Shown in pieces: positions 47,818 through 57,201 of a stretch of DNA of 64,000 nt. The notes under the pieces are model-generated. The model was not told where the DNA came from. It saw only the letters and a program-made list of their open reading frames with translations, and made no database searches. This DNA is from an uncultured Bacteroides sp. GTDB taxonomy: Bacteria; Bacteroidota; Bacteroidia; Bacteroidales; GCA-2748055. Both the position numbers and the translations under genes were made by a program. The stretch is taken from assembly GCA_964453785.1 (NCBI GenBank), contig CAYVRK010000014.1, forward strand, positions 8,868 through 72,867, written 5' to 3'. Each line of letters starts with the position of its first letter. The first letter of the stretch is position 1.

Positions 47818-48723
47818 ATGAACAACATACCCGTACTCTGTGTTTCAGGGGAATCCCTCGCAGAAACCTATGAAGCTGCCCTGGTCAGGCTTTACAACGA
47901 AGGTACCCGTTTCAAAACCCAGTATGATAAACCAGGATATCCCCTGAGCCTGGACTGCACCCTGAATGCAACAGTTATCAATCCCGAAAGCGATCCTATG
48001 ATCCACCAGGCGTTTCCCGGGGGAATCGATGAGCTGAAAGAGTATGTGATGGAACTAAAGGGTTTTAAGGACCACTGGGTGAAAAACATGAATGACCCGG
48101 ATGATACCCGGTGGGAGTACACCTACCACGGGAGATTGCAGCGCTATGGTTCATGGAAGGAAACAGTAGTGGTGGATGGAGAAAGGATCCGGAAAGATGT
48201 GGGATTTCAGGTAGACCAGGTGGAACATGTCATCCAGAAGCTGGTTGAGCAGCCCTATACCCGGCAGGCACAGATGATCACCTGGATGCCAAACCACGAC
48301 CTCCAGGTATATGATCCTCCCTGTCTTCAATCTCTTTGGTACAGAATCATGGAAGATGAAGAGGGAATTCAGTGGCTGAACTGCAACATTCGGTTCCGAA
48401 GCAACGACGCCTGGGGAGCGAGTTTTATGAATATGTTCGGGTTTATCCGGTTCAACCGGGAGGTGATCGCTGATGAAATTTCCAGGAGGAGCGGGAAAAC
48501 CGTTCGCCTGGGAAGAATGAACTGGCAGGCTGATTCATACCACATTTATGGAAAGGATATCGCCCAGGCAAAGGCCATGCTGTTTGACCGTATCGGTTCT
48601 TTAACCGTGGAGGAGAGAACCTTCAACTTTGGAGATGATTTTATCAGGGATATGTACGAGCAGGCTGAGCAAACAACCCTGATGAAGATCAGGAAGTACG
48701 ACGAGGAGCATGCGCAGAAATAA
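47818..48723 (+). CDS. thyA: Divergent (archaeal-type) thymidylate synthase homologue
   Basis: YTYHGRL, YTRQA, DPPCLQ (catalytic Cys), RFRSNDAWGASFMN, ADSYHIY. Confidence 0.7.
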   Translation: MNNIPVLCVSGESLAETYEAALVRLYNEGTRFKTQYDKPGYPLSLDCTLNATVINPESDPMIHQAFPGGIDELKEYVMELKGFKDHWVKNMNDPDDTRWEYTYHGRLQRYGSWKETVVVDGERIRKDVGFQVDQVEHVIQKLVEQPYTRQAQMITWMPNHDLQVYDPPCLQSLWYRIMEDEEGIQWLNCNIRFRSNDAWGASFMNMFGFIRFNREVIADEISRRSGKTVRLGRMNWQADSYHIYGKDIAQAKAMLFDRIGSLTVEERTFNFGDDFIRDMYEQAEQTTLMKIRKYDEEHAQK

Positions 48724-49129
48724 ACTGCTTCAATGCGCCTGCCAGATCATCAGTATTACTGTATTCATTCAGCCTCACCCCTTCACTGCCGGCGATCATG
48801 GCCGACAGTTTGTTCCCTGTTGATAAATTAAACAGGCAAAGAACCGGTTTTTTTAATTCGATGGCACGACCTACCTCATATCCCACACCCAGGCTGGGAA
48901 TGGTCACCTCTGCCACTACCAGATCCGATTCCATAATCCACTTCATATCCCTGTCGTGAATTTGCCTGTTGGTCAGGTTCCGATCTCTGGCGCTCTCTTT
49001 CCCCGGTTCCCCCACATGTTCGGTAAGTACCTCGCCATAATCTTGAAGCATCTGTATAAGGGTCCTGTAGACAGCCTCCAGTTGTCTGCCGCCCCTGATG
49101 GATCCGCAAAAGTATATCCTGGTATGCAA
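48689..49129 (-). CDS. 2'-deoxynucleoside 5'-phosphate N-hydrolase (DNPH1/Rcl-like, NDT fold)
   Basis: IYFCGSIRGGR, VLTEHV, I..RD..W, AEVT.PSLGVGYE.GRA, LSAMIAG, the Rcl/DNPH1 motif set. Confidence 0.88.
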   Translation of the reverse strand: MHTRIYFCGSIRGGRQLEAVYRTLIQMLQDYGEVLTEHVGEPGKESARDRNLTNRQIHDRDMKWIMESDLVVAEVTIPSLGVGYEVGRAIELKKPVLCLFNLSTGNKLSAMIAGSEGVRLNEYSNTDDLAGALKQFISAHAPRRTS

Positions 49130-49235
49130 CGATCCTATTTGTTTTTGTATTTTAATGAAAGTCTTCTTTGATCCTTTTCATATCCACCTAAAATAGATAA
49201 ATTTATTCACCTGATACCAAAACCAAAATCCAAAA

Positions 49236-49421
49236 ATGATGAAAAAAGAAGTTCAGAACAATGCACAGACAAATGCCGTATACGGGGTCGGACTCATTGG
49301 AGCCGCCATCTATTATATCTCCACAGCCACTGGTTTCTGGATGGGCGTACTTGGTGTGTTAAAAGCCCTCGTGTGGCCGGCGTTCCTGGTCTATGAAGCA
49401 CTGAAGTCGCTGGGAGCCTGA
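49236..49421 (+). CDS. Small membrane protein
   Basis: 61 aa; AVYG.GLIGAAIYYI..A..FW.GVLG.LKA.VWPAFLVY, a pattern typical of a conserved small hypothetical. Confidence 0.7.
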   Translation: MMKKEVQNNAQTNAVYGVGLIGAAIYYISTATGFWMGVLGVLKALVWPAFLVYEALKSLGA

Positions 49422-49436
49422 CACGGCAAAGGACTC

Positions 49437-49829
49437 CTAGAGTTCCATGTCTCCCAGGTGCAGGTCCAGGGCCCTGACTGAAATCTGGATTTCCCAAATG
49501 GAAATGGCCAGCGAAATGATCAGCATGACCAGTGCGATTCCGAAAAGGATCTCACCGGCCAACTGGAAATCAATGTAGACCAGAAACATACAGACAACGC
49601 AGAGCAACAAGCTGCCGATGCCAAGCAGTTGCATGGTCCGGGTCAACGAAAGCCGTTTCCGAAGGTTATGAATCTGTCCAACGAGAATTTGATCAGGATT
49701 CTCTTTGAACCGTGCGTGCAGGGTTCTCACCACATTGGCATACGCCAGAAAGCGGTTTGTGTATGCCAGCAGCAACAGGGAGATGGCTGAAAACAACAAC
49801 GCAGGGGTTGTCAGGGTCAGTTCATTCAT
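49437..49829 (-). CDS. DUF2721-family membrane protein
   Basis: LTTPALLFSAISLLLLAYTNRF, QI.NLR.R, EIQIS..AL. Confidence 0.85.
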   Translation of the reverse strand: MNELTLTTPALLFSAISLLLLAYTNRFLAYANVVRTLHARFKENPDQILVGQIHNLRKRLSLTRTMQLLGIGSLLLCVVCMFLVYIDFQLAGEILFGIALVMLIISLAISIWEIQISVRALDLHLGDMEL

Positions 49830-49852
49830 GGTTATACTTTTTGCAAGCAGTG

Positions 49853-50716
49853 CTATCCCCTTACACTGGCTTCCGGCAATCTCTTCTGAATATCCCTTAG
49901 GTATTCAATGTTATCAATGCCCATTGTAAAGGCGTCTGTAATACCCGTACCCAACTGAAACTGAAGGCACTCATCTTTCTTGTCGAGCAACAGACCTGCA
50001 CCATATACCTTCATACCCAAAATGGCCTTGCCATTCTTCTTCATGCGTGTCAATACTTTCTGAACCGTATCCACATCGGCATCCATCCTGGCACCCCCCG
50101 GATTAAACCGGGCCAGGTCCACATCAACCCACGGCTCATCAGCTGCAGTTTGCAGGGCCTCAAGAGAATGGCATGAAAGTCCGTGTGCCCTGATGGTCCC
50201 TTCCTCTTTGGCCTCAGCCAGCGCCTCCATGGCTCCTTTCATATTGGTGTTCCAGTTTCCATCGGTAACGGCATGGAGCAATACGATATCAAAATAGTCC
50301 GTACCCAGCTCCTGCTTAAACCTGTCCAGGTCGCTTTTTACATCCTTGTAGGTCTTGGAATTGGTCTTGGTCAGGATGACCACCTCCTCTCTGTTGGTTT
50401 TTTTCAAAGCCTCTTTCACGTGTGGATGAGAACCATACTGATCAGCTGTCTCCCAGAAGTTAATTCCATCATCGAAAGCGGCCCGCAGCAGATCCGACAC
50501 CCCTTTGATACCCAGCTTGCGGGTCTGGTCAGAACTCCCCCCAAAGCCGTTGGTCCCTGTACCCATAGCCATGCGGGACAGCTCTATTCCCGTATTACCC
50601 AGTTTAACCCGGTCATGGGGGTAGAGCCTGGTATCGCCAGCAAGCAATTCATAAGGGAAAGCGGAAAGAAGGGCGGACCCTGCCAGGGTGGTTCTGATAA
50701 AATGTCTGCGTTTCAT
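49853..50716 (-). CDS. Aldo/keto reductase with twin-arginine signal
   Basis: MKRRHFI Tat motif; LG.TG...SR..MGT, GINFWETADQYG, ILTK, LG.DY.DIVLLH, LGMK. Confidence 0.88.
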   Translation of the reverse strand: MKRRHFIRTTLAGSALLSAFPYELLAGDTRLYPHDRVKLGNTGIELSRMAMGTGTNGFGGSSDQTRKLGIKGVSDLLRAAFDDGINFWETADQYGSHPHVKEALKKTNREEVVILTKTNSKTYKDVKSDLDRFKQELGTDYFDIVLLHAVTDGNWNTNMKGAMEALAEAKEEGTIRAHGLSCHSLEALQTAADEPWVDVDLARFNPGGARMDADVDTVQKVLTRMKKNGKAILGMKVYGAGLLLDKKDECLQFQLGTGITDAFTMGIDNIEYLRDIQKRLPEASVRG

Positions 50717-50894
50717 CCGGAGCTGTTTTTTAGAATTGGTTCAATTTACAAAATTTGTATAAACTTGCGGCGGGTGCACCTGTATAACAACAAAAAGTCC
50801 CTGTTGGTTTAACAATTGCTCTTCGCTTGGATGCCATCTGTTTAGGTTGACAGCAATTGATTACCTTGTATCGCAATAAATCACCGGCAGTACC

Positions 50895-51731
50895 ATGATG
50901 CAGCAGGGAAAAATCAGCAAGCTGAAAATTATCAAACGGGCAACGTTCGGCCTCTATCTGGGAGACGAATCGGGTGATGAGGTTTTACTCCCCAATAAGT
51001 TCTGTACAGATGTCATGAAGCCGGGACAGGACATTGATGTTTTTATTTACCGGGATTCCGAAGGAAGGGTGGTTGCTACTACCCAAACTCCCAAAATCTC
51101 CATTCATGAATTTGCCCTGTTGCAGGTGACCTCTGTCACGGCTGTGGGTGCATTCCTGAACTGGGGACTGGACAAGGACCTGATGGTTCCTTTCAGGGAG
51201 CAAAAACAAAAAATGGAAGAGGGGCGCTGGTATATTGTTTATCTGGACCTTGATGAAAAGACAGACCGGCTTTATGCAAGCAACCGGGTGGAAAGATTTC
51301 TACAAAACAATGAGGTTTCCTTAAAGGAGGGGGAAGAGGTTTCCCTGGTGGTTTTATCAAAAACTGATCTGGGATATTCCGTGATCATCAACCACGCCCA
51401 CAAAGGTTTGATCTTTGAAAATGAAATTTTCCGGGAAATCAACATTGGGGACTCCCTGAGGGGCTATGTAAAAAATATCCGGGAGGACGGGAAAATCGAC
51501 ATCTCCCTTCAACCCATCGGATTCAACAAATTCAGTGATGCAAACATCCAGTTGATTTACAAGCACCTGACAGAAAATCATGGTTTTCTCAATCTCACCG
51601 ACAAAAGCTCCCCGGAGGAAATCTCCGCTAAACTGGGGATCAGCAAAAAAGCATTCAAAAAAGCAGTTGGGGCCTTATACAAACAGAAAAAAATCGAAAT
51701 TCAGCCCGATGGAATCAAGCTGATTTCCTGA
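50895..51731 (+). CDS. CvfB/YitL-like S1 RNA-binding protein
   Basis: FGLYL, VLLP, VFIY.DSE.R..AT, GAFL.WGL.KDL.VP, C-terminal wHTH (SK..FKKA.G.LYK). Confidence 0.9.
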   Translation: MMQQGKISKLKIIKRATFGLYLGDESGDEVLLPNKFCTDVMKPGQDIDVFIYRDSEGRVVATTQTPKISIHEFALLQVTSVTAVGAFLNWGLDKDLMVPFREQKQKMEEGRWYIVYLDLDEKTDRLYASNRVERFLQNNEVSLKEGEEVSLVVLSKTDLGYSVIINHAHKGLIFENEIFREINIGDSLRGYVKNIREDGKIDISLQPIGFNKFSDANIQLIYKHLTENHGFLNLTDKSSPEEISAKLGISKKAFKKAVGALYKQKKIEIQPDGIKLIS

Positions 51732-51749
51732 TGCTTGAAAAATCTGGTA

Positions 51750-52754
51750 TCAGGGATTTTTGAATGGTTTGAATCCCTGGATGGTCATGGATACCAGGAT
51801 TTGCTGGGAATAATCAACCTGGTTTTCTGCAAAATGAAGGACAAAGTTGATTTTCAGGTTTACATGCTTGTTGTGAAAAGGCATGATGAAAAGATCAAGC
51901 CTGCCATATTGGTCCAGTCTGTAAAAGGGATCACCATAAAGAAAGGTGAGTGCTTGCCCCCGGTAATAGAGACCACTCATGCCAAACCACCCGTACATGG
52001 CGGTGAACTGACTTAAAAAACCGGCGGGGGTTTGCCAGCCATCATCCACTCCCCGTATCCGGTCAAGGGAAACCAGGCTTCCGACACTCACAGAGAGGGA
52101 GTCCAATGGTGTCTTGTTCGAAAGATCCATCCCTAATTGCAGATCAAACCCTCCATTATCTCTCAAGTGGAAATCCGGCTCACGGATCCCGGCTCCTGCA
52201 AAATGTCCCATCATCAGGTGATGGTCCAGAAACAAAACTCCCTTATGAAGCCTTCCAGAAAAACCGAAAATGAATCTCTCCGGTTGAACATCTGTTTGCC
52301 GGCTGGTCCAGTCAATGAACACATTCTGATACCCCCAGTTTCCCTTAAAGGCCAGATATGCTCCTTCGATATTGGGACGATAATAGAGCAAGGTATCAGA
52401 CAAAAGGGCCAGGGGATAATTGAGCAAATTGTTCCGGGGAAAAGCGCCAATCCTGATATCAAACCGTTCATCTTCAAATTGGTAGTACATGGTTACATCC
52501 GGTAAATGGGCGTCCATGTTGTGTCCAAACTCATAAAGATAGTTAAGCCCTATCCTGAACCGATGCTGATCTGACATGGTGGCCCCCATCTCACCCCACG
52601 TCCTGGATCCAAAAATGGTTTGCGGATCGTTTATACTGGCATACTCTCTGTTGTCCAGAAAACCATTAAATCCGGCCTGCCACTCAAATGTTTGTGAAAC
52701 AGCTGGCAAGGCCATGAACAGGACCAGCGTCAGTAAGATGAATAAATAACGCAT
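51750..52754 (-). CDS. Outer-membrane beta-barrel protein, unknown function
   Basis: Signal peptide; F..FLDNREY, G.FPR, YYRPN.EG, DW..RQ....E.F amphipathic strands. Confidence 0.65.
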   Translation of the reverse strand: MRYLFILLTLVLFMALPAVSQTFEWQAGFNGFLDNREYASINDPQTIFGSRTWGEMGATMSDQHRFRIGLNYLYEFGHNMDAHLPDVTMYYQFEDERFDIRIGAFPRNNLLNYPLALLSDTLLYYRPNIEGAYLAFKGNWGYQNVFIDWTSRQTDVQPERFIFGFSGRLHKGVLFLDHHLMMGHFAGAGIREPDFHLRDNGGFDLQLGMDLSNKTPLDSLSVSVGSLVSLDRIRGVDDGWQTPAGFLSQFTAMYGWFGMSGLYYRGQALTFLYGDPFYRLDQYGRLDLFIMPFHNKHVNLKINFVLHFAENQVDYSQQILVSMTIQGFKPFKNP

Positions 52755-52758
52755 CTGT

Positions 52759-54513
52759 TTGCTAATTTCGTCTGCTTATGGCAAATTTAGACTTCTAATC
52801 CTGATTATTACAAAATCGGCGAAGAGAATACTTCTGTTTGTTATTTTCTGGTTCGTTATAAACCTCATCCAATCGTTCTTCACCGAGATCATTGACGATG
52901 AAGCTTATCACTGGATTTATTCAAAGTTCCTGGATTGGGGATATTTTGATCATCCCCCGATGATTGCCATTCTTATCCGCCTCGGATCTGTCCTTTTACC
53001 CGGAGCAATCGGGGTAAGGTTGATTACTTCATTGATGGGAGCCGGTTCCATTTTCCTTGTATTTCTGATGCTAAAAGATGAAGTACGTGATTTGAGAATC
53101 CTGATGCTGGTTTGTTTTTCCATCCCACTGCTTCATTTTCATGTGGCCGGTTTTATTGCCACTCCTGACCTGCCCCTGGTCTTCACATCAACGCTGTTCT
53201 TCTTCTTCTACCGACGATATCTGGAAAAGGAAACTCCGCTTATCATTTTACTGCTTAGCCTGTCCATTGCCCTGATGCTGTATAGCAAATACCACGCCTT
53301 CCTGATTATCCTGTTCACCATATTATCAAACCTGAGGATTCTTTATCACCGTTCATTCTGGTTGATTGTCATTAGTTCAACGATACTTTACCTCCCACAC
53401 ATTTTCTGGCAGTTCAATCATGATTTCGTATCGTTCAGTTATCACCTGATTGACAGAAACAACCCTTTTCAAGTTAAGTATCTGCTTGAATACCTTGTAA
53501 ACCAGTTTCTTTTACTTGGTCCTTTCTGTGGTGTTGTTCTGTTTTATCTGGGTGTTACCCGTAAGACGAGTGACCATTTTAATAGGGCTCTTCGGTTCAA
53601 TGTCATCGGGTTTCTTCTCTTCTTTCTTGTTTCCAGTCTGAGGGGTCATGTTGAACCTCACTGGACCGCGGCAGCATTTATCCCCCTTATTCTATTAACT
53701 GTCCCGTTGATTGAGAAGAACCTGATCTTAAAAAAGTGGATATATATACTGGGATTCATTAGCATACCCATTGTAATATTTGCCAGAATATCTCTCATGG
53801 TGGAGCTTGAGCCCTTCCCCGAAAAACTAAGCCAACGTTTTCATCATAAGGAGGAATTCTATCAGCAGATCCATAAAGAGGCGAAAGGTCGTCCGGTGGT
53901 TTTTAGCAACTCATATCAAAAAGCTTCTCTCTACTGGTTTTTCACCGGAGAACAGGCTTTTTCACAAAACAACAAACACTATCGAAAAAATCAGTTTGAC
54001 CTGTTGCATTTAGAATCAGACCTGCAGGGAGAAGAAGTGCTCTATTTTCCCGCCGTGGCATTTCCAGGCTGTGATACGCTGGAAACAATATTTGGAGATT
54101 TTACCATACATCACACGGATTACTTCTGTCATTTTAACCGGATTAAAGTGATCCTTCCTGAAATGGATTGGGAGTTCGGGCCTGGTGAGAAAGTGCATGT
54201 AAATCTAAAGCTGGAAAACCCCACCCAAAGTCCCGTCTGTTTCTGTGATTCATGTACCCACAAACCGCAGCTGATATATTCATTTTTCTCTGAGAACGGG
54301 GACCATAGGGCATGTTTTGCCAGCTATACCGGGCTGCTTCCTGATCTGGTCCCCGGAGATTGTACCGTTTTTCCTGTTGAAATGACGGCTCCTGAAACAC
54401 CGGGAAAATACCAGTTGATGTTTTCATTCGGCGCAAGAGATATCCCTGCCGGGATAAACGGCAGACCAATTAAGATGACCGTACGCTCCAGGTCCAGTAA
54501 GAATTCAGGGTAA
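52759..54513 (+). CDS. GT-C (GT39/ArnT-like) polyprenyl-phosphate-sugar glycosyltransferase; true start probably a non-ATG codon near 52801
   Basis: DDEAYHW....LDWGYFDHPPM, TPD.PL, SKYH, many TMs, C-terminal Ig-like periplasmic part. Confidence 0.85.
   Translation: MLISSAYGKFRLLILIITKSAKRILLFVIFWFVINLIQSFFTEIIDDEAYHWIYSKFLDWGYFDHPPMIAILIRLGSVLLPGAIGVRLITSLMGAGSIFLVFLMLKDEVRDLRILMLVCFSIPLLHFHVAGFIATPDLPLVFTSTLFFFFYRRYLEKETPLIILLLSLSIALMLYSKYHAFLIILFTILSNLRILYHRSFWLIVISSTILYLPHIFWQFNHDFVSFSYHLIDRNNPFQVKYLLEYLVNQFLLLGPFCGVVLFYLGVTRKTSDHFNRALRFNVIGFLLFFLVSSLRGHVEPHWTAAAFIPLILLTVPLIEKNLILKKWIYILGFISIPIVIFARISLMVELEPFPEKLSQRFHHKEEFYQQIHKEAKGRPVVFSNSYQKASLYWFFTGEQAFSQNNKHYRKNQFDLLHLESDLQGEEVLYFPAVAFPGCDTLETIFGDFTIHHTDYFCHFNRIKVILPEMDWEFGPGEKVHVNLKLENPTQSPVCFCDSCTHKPQLIYSFFSENGDHRACFASYTGLLPDLVPGDCTVFPVEMTAPETPGKYQLMFSFGARDIPAGINGRPIKMTVRSRSSKNSG
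52782..52789 (-). promoter_or_regulatory. Sigma-A -7 element for the 51750-52754 gene
   Basis: TAAATTTG on the minus strand, 27 nt before ATG 52754. Confidence 0.5.
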
Positions 54514-54886
54514 AGTTAAATACAGTACCAATAAGGATTCCGATCATATTCGAAAGCAGGTCGTGCATACCAAAAACCCTTACCAGCAAAAGAAGCACCA
54601 AATAATTAACAATCCCCGCTAAGCCGGTCACAAGGTGATACCTTAGAAATCTTGACCAAAACCTAATCGGCGTATTTCTATTCCTAAAGGTCCATAAGCT
54701 ATTCAGGGAGAAATTGGTCAGAATGGATACCTCAATGGCGATTGGGGAAGCTATTTCCAATTTTATGGAGAAGGAGCGGGTTAGCAGGTACAGGAGGCCC
54801 ATATTTACTAAAATACCGGTCCCGCCCACAATGGCGAATTTTACAAATTCTTCAAATCTTTTATAATCGATTCTCGAGAGTTTCAA
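54470..54886 (-). CDS. GtrA-family putative flippase
   Basis: FVKFAIVG..G..VN, A.E.SIL.NF.LN..WTF, N.IGI..G..FNF..N..WTW. Confidence 0.9.
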   Translation of the reverse strand: MKLSRIDYKRFEEFVKFAIVGGTGILVNMGLLYLLTRSFSIKLEIASPIAIEVSILTNFSLNSLWTFRNRNTPIRFWSRFLRYHLVTGLAGIVNYLVLLLLVRVFGMHDLLSNMIGILIGTVFNFTLNSYWTWSVRSS

Positions 54887-54913
54887 ACCTCCTTGATTAT
54901 AATGTTCATATAG

Positions 54914-57034
54914 TTAGAAAAAGTCATTCAGGTTTTCCCAGTGAACGTTCCATTTTCCATTTTTGGGAAACTGGTCTTTGGTACACATCCTGGCCACCGT
55001 GGTCAGCAATGCTCCATTCCCCGGCAGATAAATGGTTAATCTTTCATCCTGGTAATTGTGACCATTGGGAAGATAGGTGTTTTTTTGAACATCAAGAAGC
55101 AGGTAATCCACGGCCTCTTCATACCGGCCCAGGGCTCCGGCTGCCATGGCCACCATGGGGTAATCCCACCCCCAGGTTTCCGGCCAGTTCCAGCTTGAAA
55201 CCACCCTGCTGAAAGTGCGGTCCATGATCTTCCTGTTTACATATTCCGAAGGAGGCAACATGCCCATACAACCCAGGACCATAGGATGATCAGATAAGTA
55301 TCTCAAGTTATCATATGAGTCAATTCCGTTCTCCGTAAAAAGGTAAAGTGAATCCTTTACAGGCAGCTTCGAAAGCCGGTTTACTACCTCGCTCCAAGCT
55401 GATGGCGCCGGTTCATTGACGCGTTTCTTCCATTCAATGGCCGTGTGTAGGGCCCAGTTCCAGTAAGTGAGCTCAAAAGCGGGATTCATGGTGGTGTGTA
55501 CATCGAATGTTTCCTGTGCCGGAACTAGCGGAGGTGCCAGAATATACCGGTTGTTCGTGCTGTCCAGAGCAGGAAATGAAGCCATAAAGTCAGCTGTTTC
55601 AAAAACCAGTTTTCCATACTTCCCAAGCGTTGAAACTTTGTCACTGGATAACTGATACAATAATTCAGAGAAATAAATGTAGTGGGGCTGTTGCCAGATC
55701 AGGTAATTCCCCACTGTACTCGGGCTGGTTATACCGTAGGGGCCTGTCATTTTTGGCCAGCGTATCCCTTCGTAACGCTGCATACCGGCCAGACTCCTTG
55801 CCTGATCCTCAATGGAGGAATAATATTCCATCTGTTTTTCAAGAACGTTTTCCTTTTGCCACAATGCAAAATGCACGCCATGCCACCAATGCATTTCCAT
55901 GTGGACTTTCCCATACCAGCTGTTAAAGGTAAGGCCGGTTTCCTGGGGGGGCAGATTCCCGCTGCACTGGATCTGGGTCAGGTACCTTGAGAGAATGACC
56001 CTTCTTTCAAGTTCGAAAGCCCTTGGATCGGAACAACTGGAAAAATCTACCGCCCCTCCGGTGCTCCAGAAGGTTTCCCAATATGAATTGGCAGACGCCC
56101 TGGTGGAACCAAAATCCGGTTCGTCCCCTTTTTCATCCGCGTTTTCAACAAATTCACAGCAAAATTCAATGGAATCTGTATCCCTGGAAGGAACCAGTAC
56201 AAACCGGTGTTTGCCGCTTTCCGCAACCTCTCCAGAAGCATTGGAAAATACCACATAATAGCGCGTCGAATCCTGTACATGTTCAATTGTTGTACTTCGT
56301 TCACCCGATATAAAAATCCTGCTTTGGTGATGCAGGTCATCGCCCCATAGCTCTTCATTCTTCCAGGAAGGATCCGATTCCGGAAACCGAAGTTCCACTT
56401 TCAGCAGTCCACTTTTAATGAGCTCCGAATGAATGCTTGCCGCTACCATGTCCTTTTCAGGATGGATTATGGTAATGACCGTTACGGGTACACCGTTCGC
56501 TTCAAAATTGCTGGTTATTTCGCCTTTCCAAAGGTCCAGTTCCTGATGAGGAATATCAATTTTTCCAATGTCCAGCAACTGGTCATTTACATCATACAGA
56601 TTCAGACCGATCGTCCCAAGGTTGATCCTGTGCGGGTTCTCCCTCAACCAGCGTGATGCTTTGGCCCTTTCTGTTGTTCGTTCGTTGCTGTAATCATGAA
56701 AATATCCCACTTCTCTTCCGGACACATCAAATTTTCGTATCACCTGTTCATGTGTATAACCCACAGTATCGGGGTAGCTGTGCCAGCCCCAGTTTGAGAG
56801 GGTGCCAAGGGGTATTCCGTTCAGATAATGCCCGGGGAAAGACTGCAGTCCCGTGATATCCACGGTAAAAGCAAAATCGCCATTCCCTACCGAAAGCGGA
56901 CCCAGGCTGTCAATGGTGGTGTTTACCACGCGATGCCTGTTCACCAGATCGTAGCGATCTATTGCCGGAGGCCCGGTTTCTCCACAGGAAGAGATGATCA
57001 ACCCGATCAACAAGTAGAGGAGCGCTTTCTTCAT
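54914..57034 (-). CDS. Lipoprotein six-hairpin glycosidase (GH65/GH95-like)
   Basis: Lipobox ISSC; IDR..LV.RH, LSVGNG.FAFTVD.TGLQ, PQETGL..NSW.GK.H.EM.WWH, PAQE, WGWDYP, LPGNG.LL. Confidence 0.7.
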   Translation of the reverse strand: MKKALLYLLIGLIISSCGETGPPAIDRYDLVNRHRVVNTTIDSLGPLSVGNGDFAFTVDITGLQSFPGHYLNGIPLGTLSNWGWHSYPDTVGYTHEQVIRKFDVSGREVGYFHDYSNERTTERAKASRWLRENPHRINLGTIGLNLYDVNDQLLDIGKIDIPHQELDLWKGEITSNFEANGVPVTVITIIHPEKDMVAASIHSELIKSGLLKVELRFPESDPSWKNEELWGDDLHHQSRIFISGERSTTIEHVQDSTRYYVVFSNASGEVAESGKHRFVLVPSRDTDSIEFCCEFVENADEKGDEPDFGSTRASANSYWETFWSTGGAVDFSSCSDPRAFELERRVILSRYLTQIQCSGNLPPQETGLTFNSWYGKVHMEMHWWHGVHFALWQKENVLEKQMEYYSSIEDQARSLAGMQRYEGIRWPKMTGPYGITSPSTVGNYLIWQQPHYIYFSELLYQLSSDKVSTLGKYGKLVFETADFMASFPALDSTNNRYILAPPLVPAQETFDVHTTMNPAFELTYWNWALHTAIEWKKRVNEPAPSAWSEVVNRLSKLPVKDSLYLFTENGIDSYDNLRYLSDHPMVLGCMGMLPPSEYVNRKIMDRTFSRVVSSWNWPETWGWDYPMVAMAAGALGRYEEAVDYLLLDVQKNTYLPNGHNYQDERLTIYLPGNGALLTTVARMCTKDQFPKNGKWNVHWENLNDFF

Positions 57035-57201
57035 TCGATTCAGTCAGCTCATTTCTAAAATTATTAATCACCAATAAATCTACAATTTATGATCCAATAA
57101 TGCTGCATCCCATCGAAACATGAATCTGCTGTTTATTTTAATTTTTGTGCGTAATTTGGTGGCAGAGATTCTGTATCCTCTGTGAGCCAAAACTGATCAT
57201 C

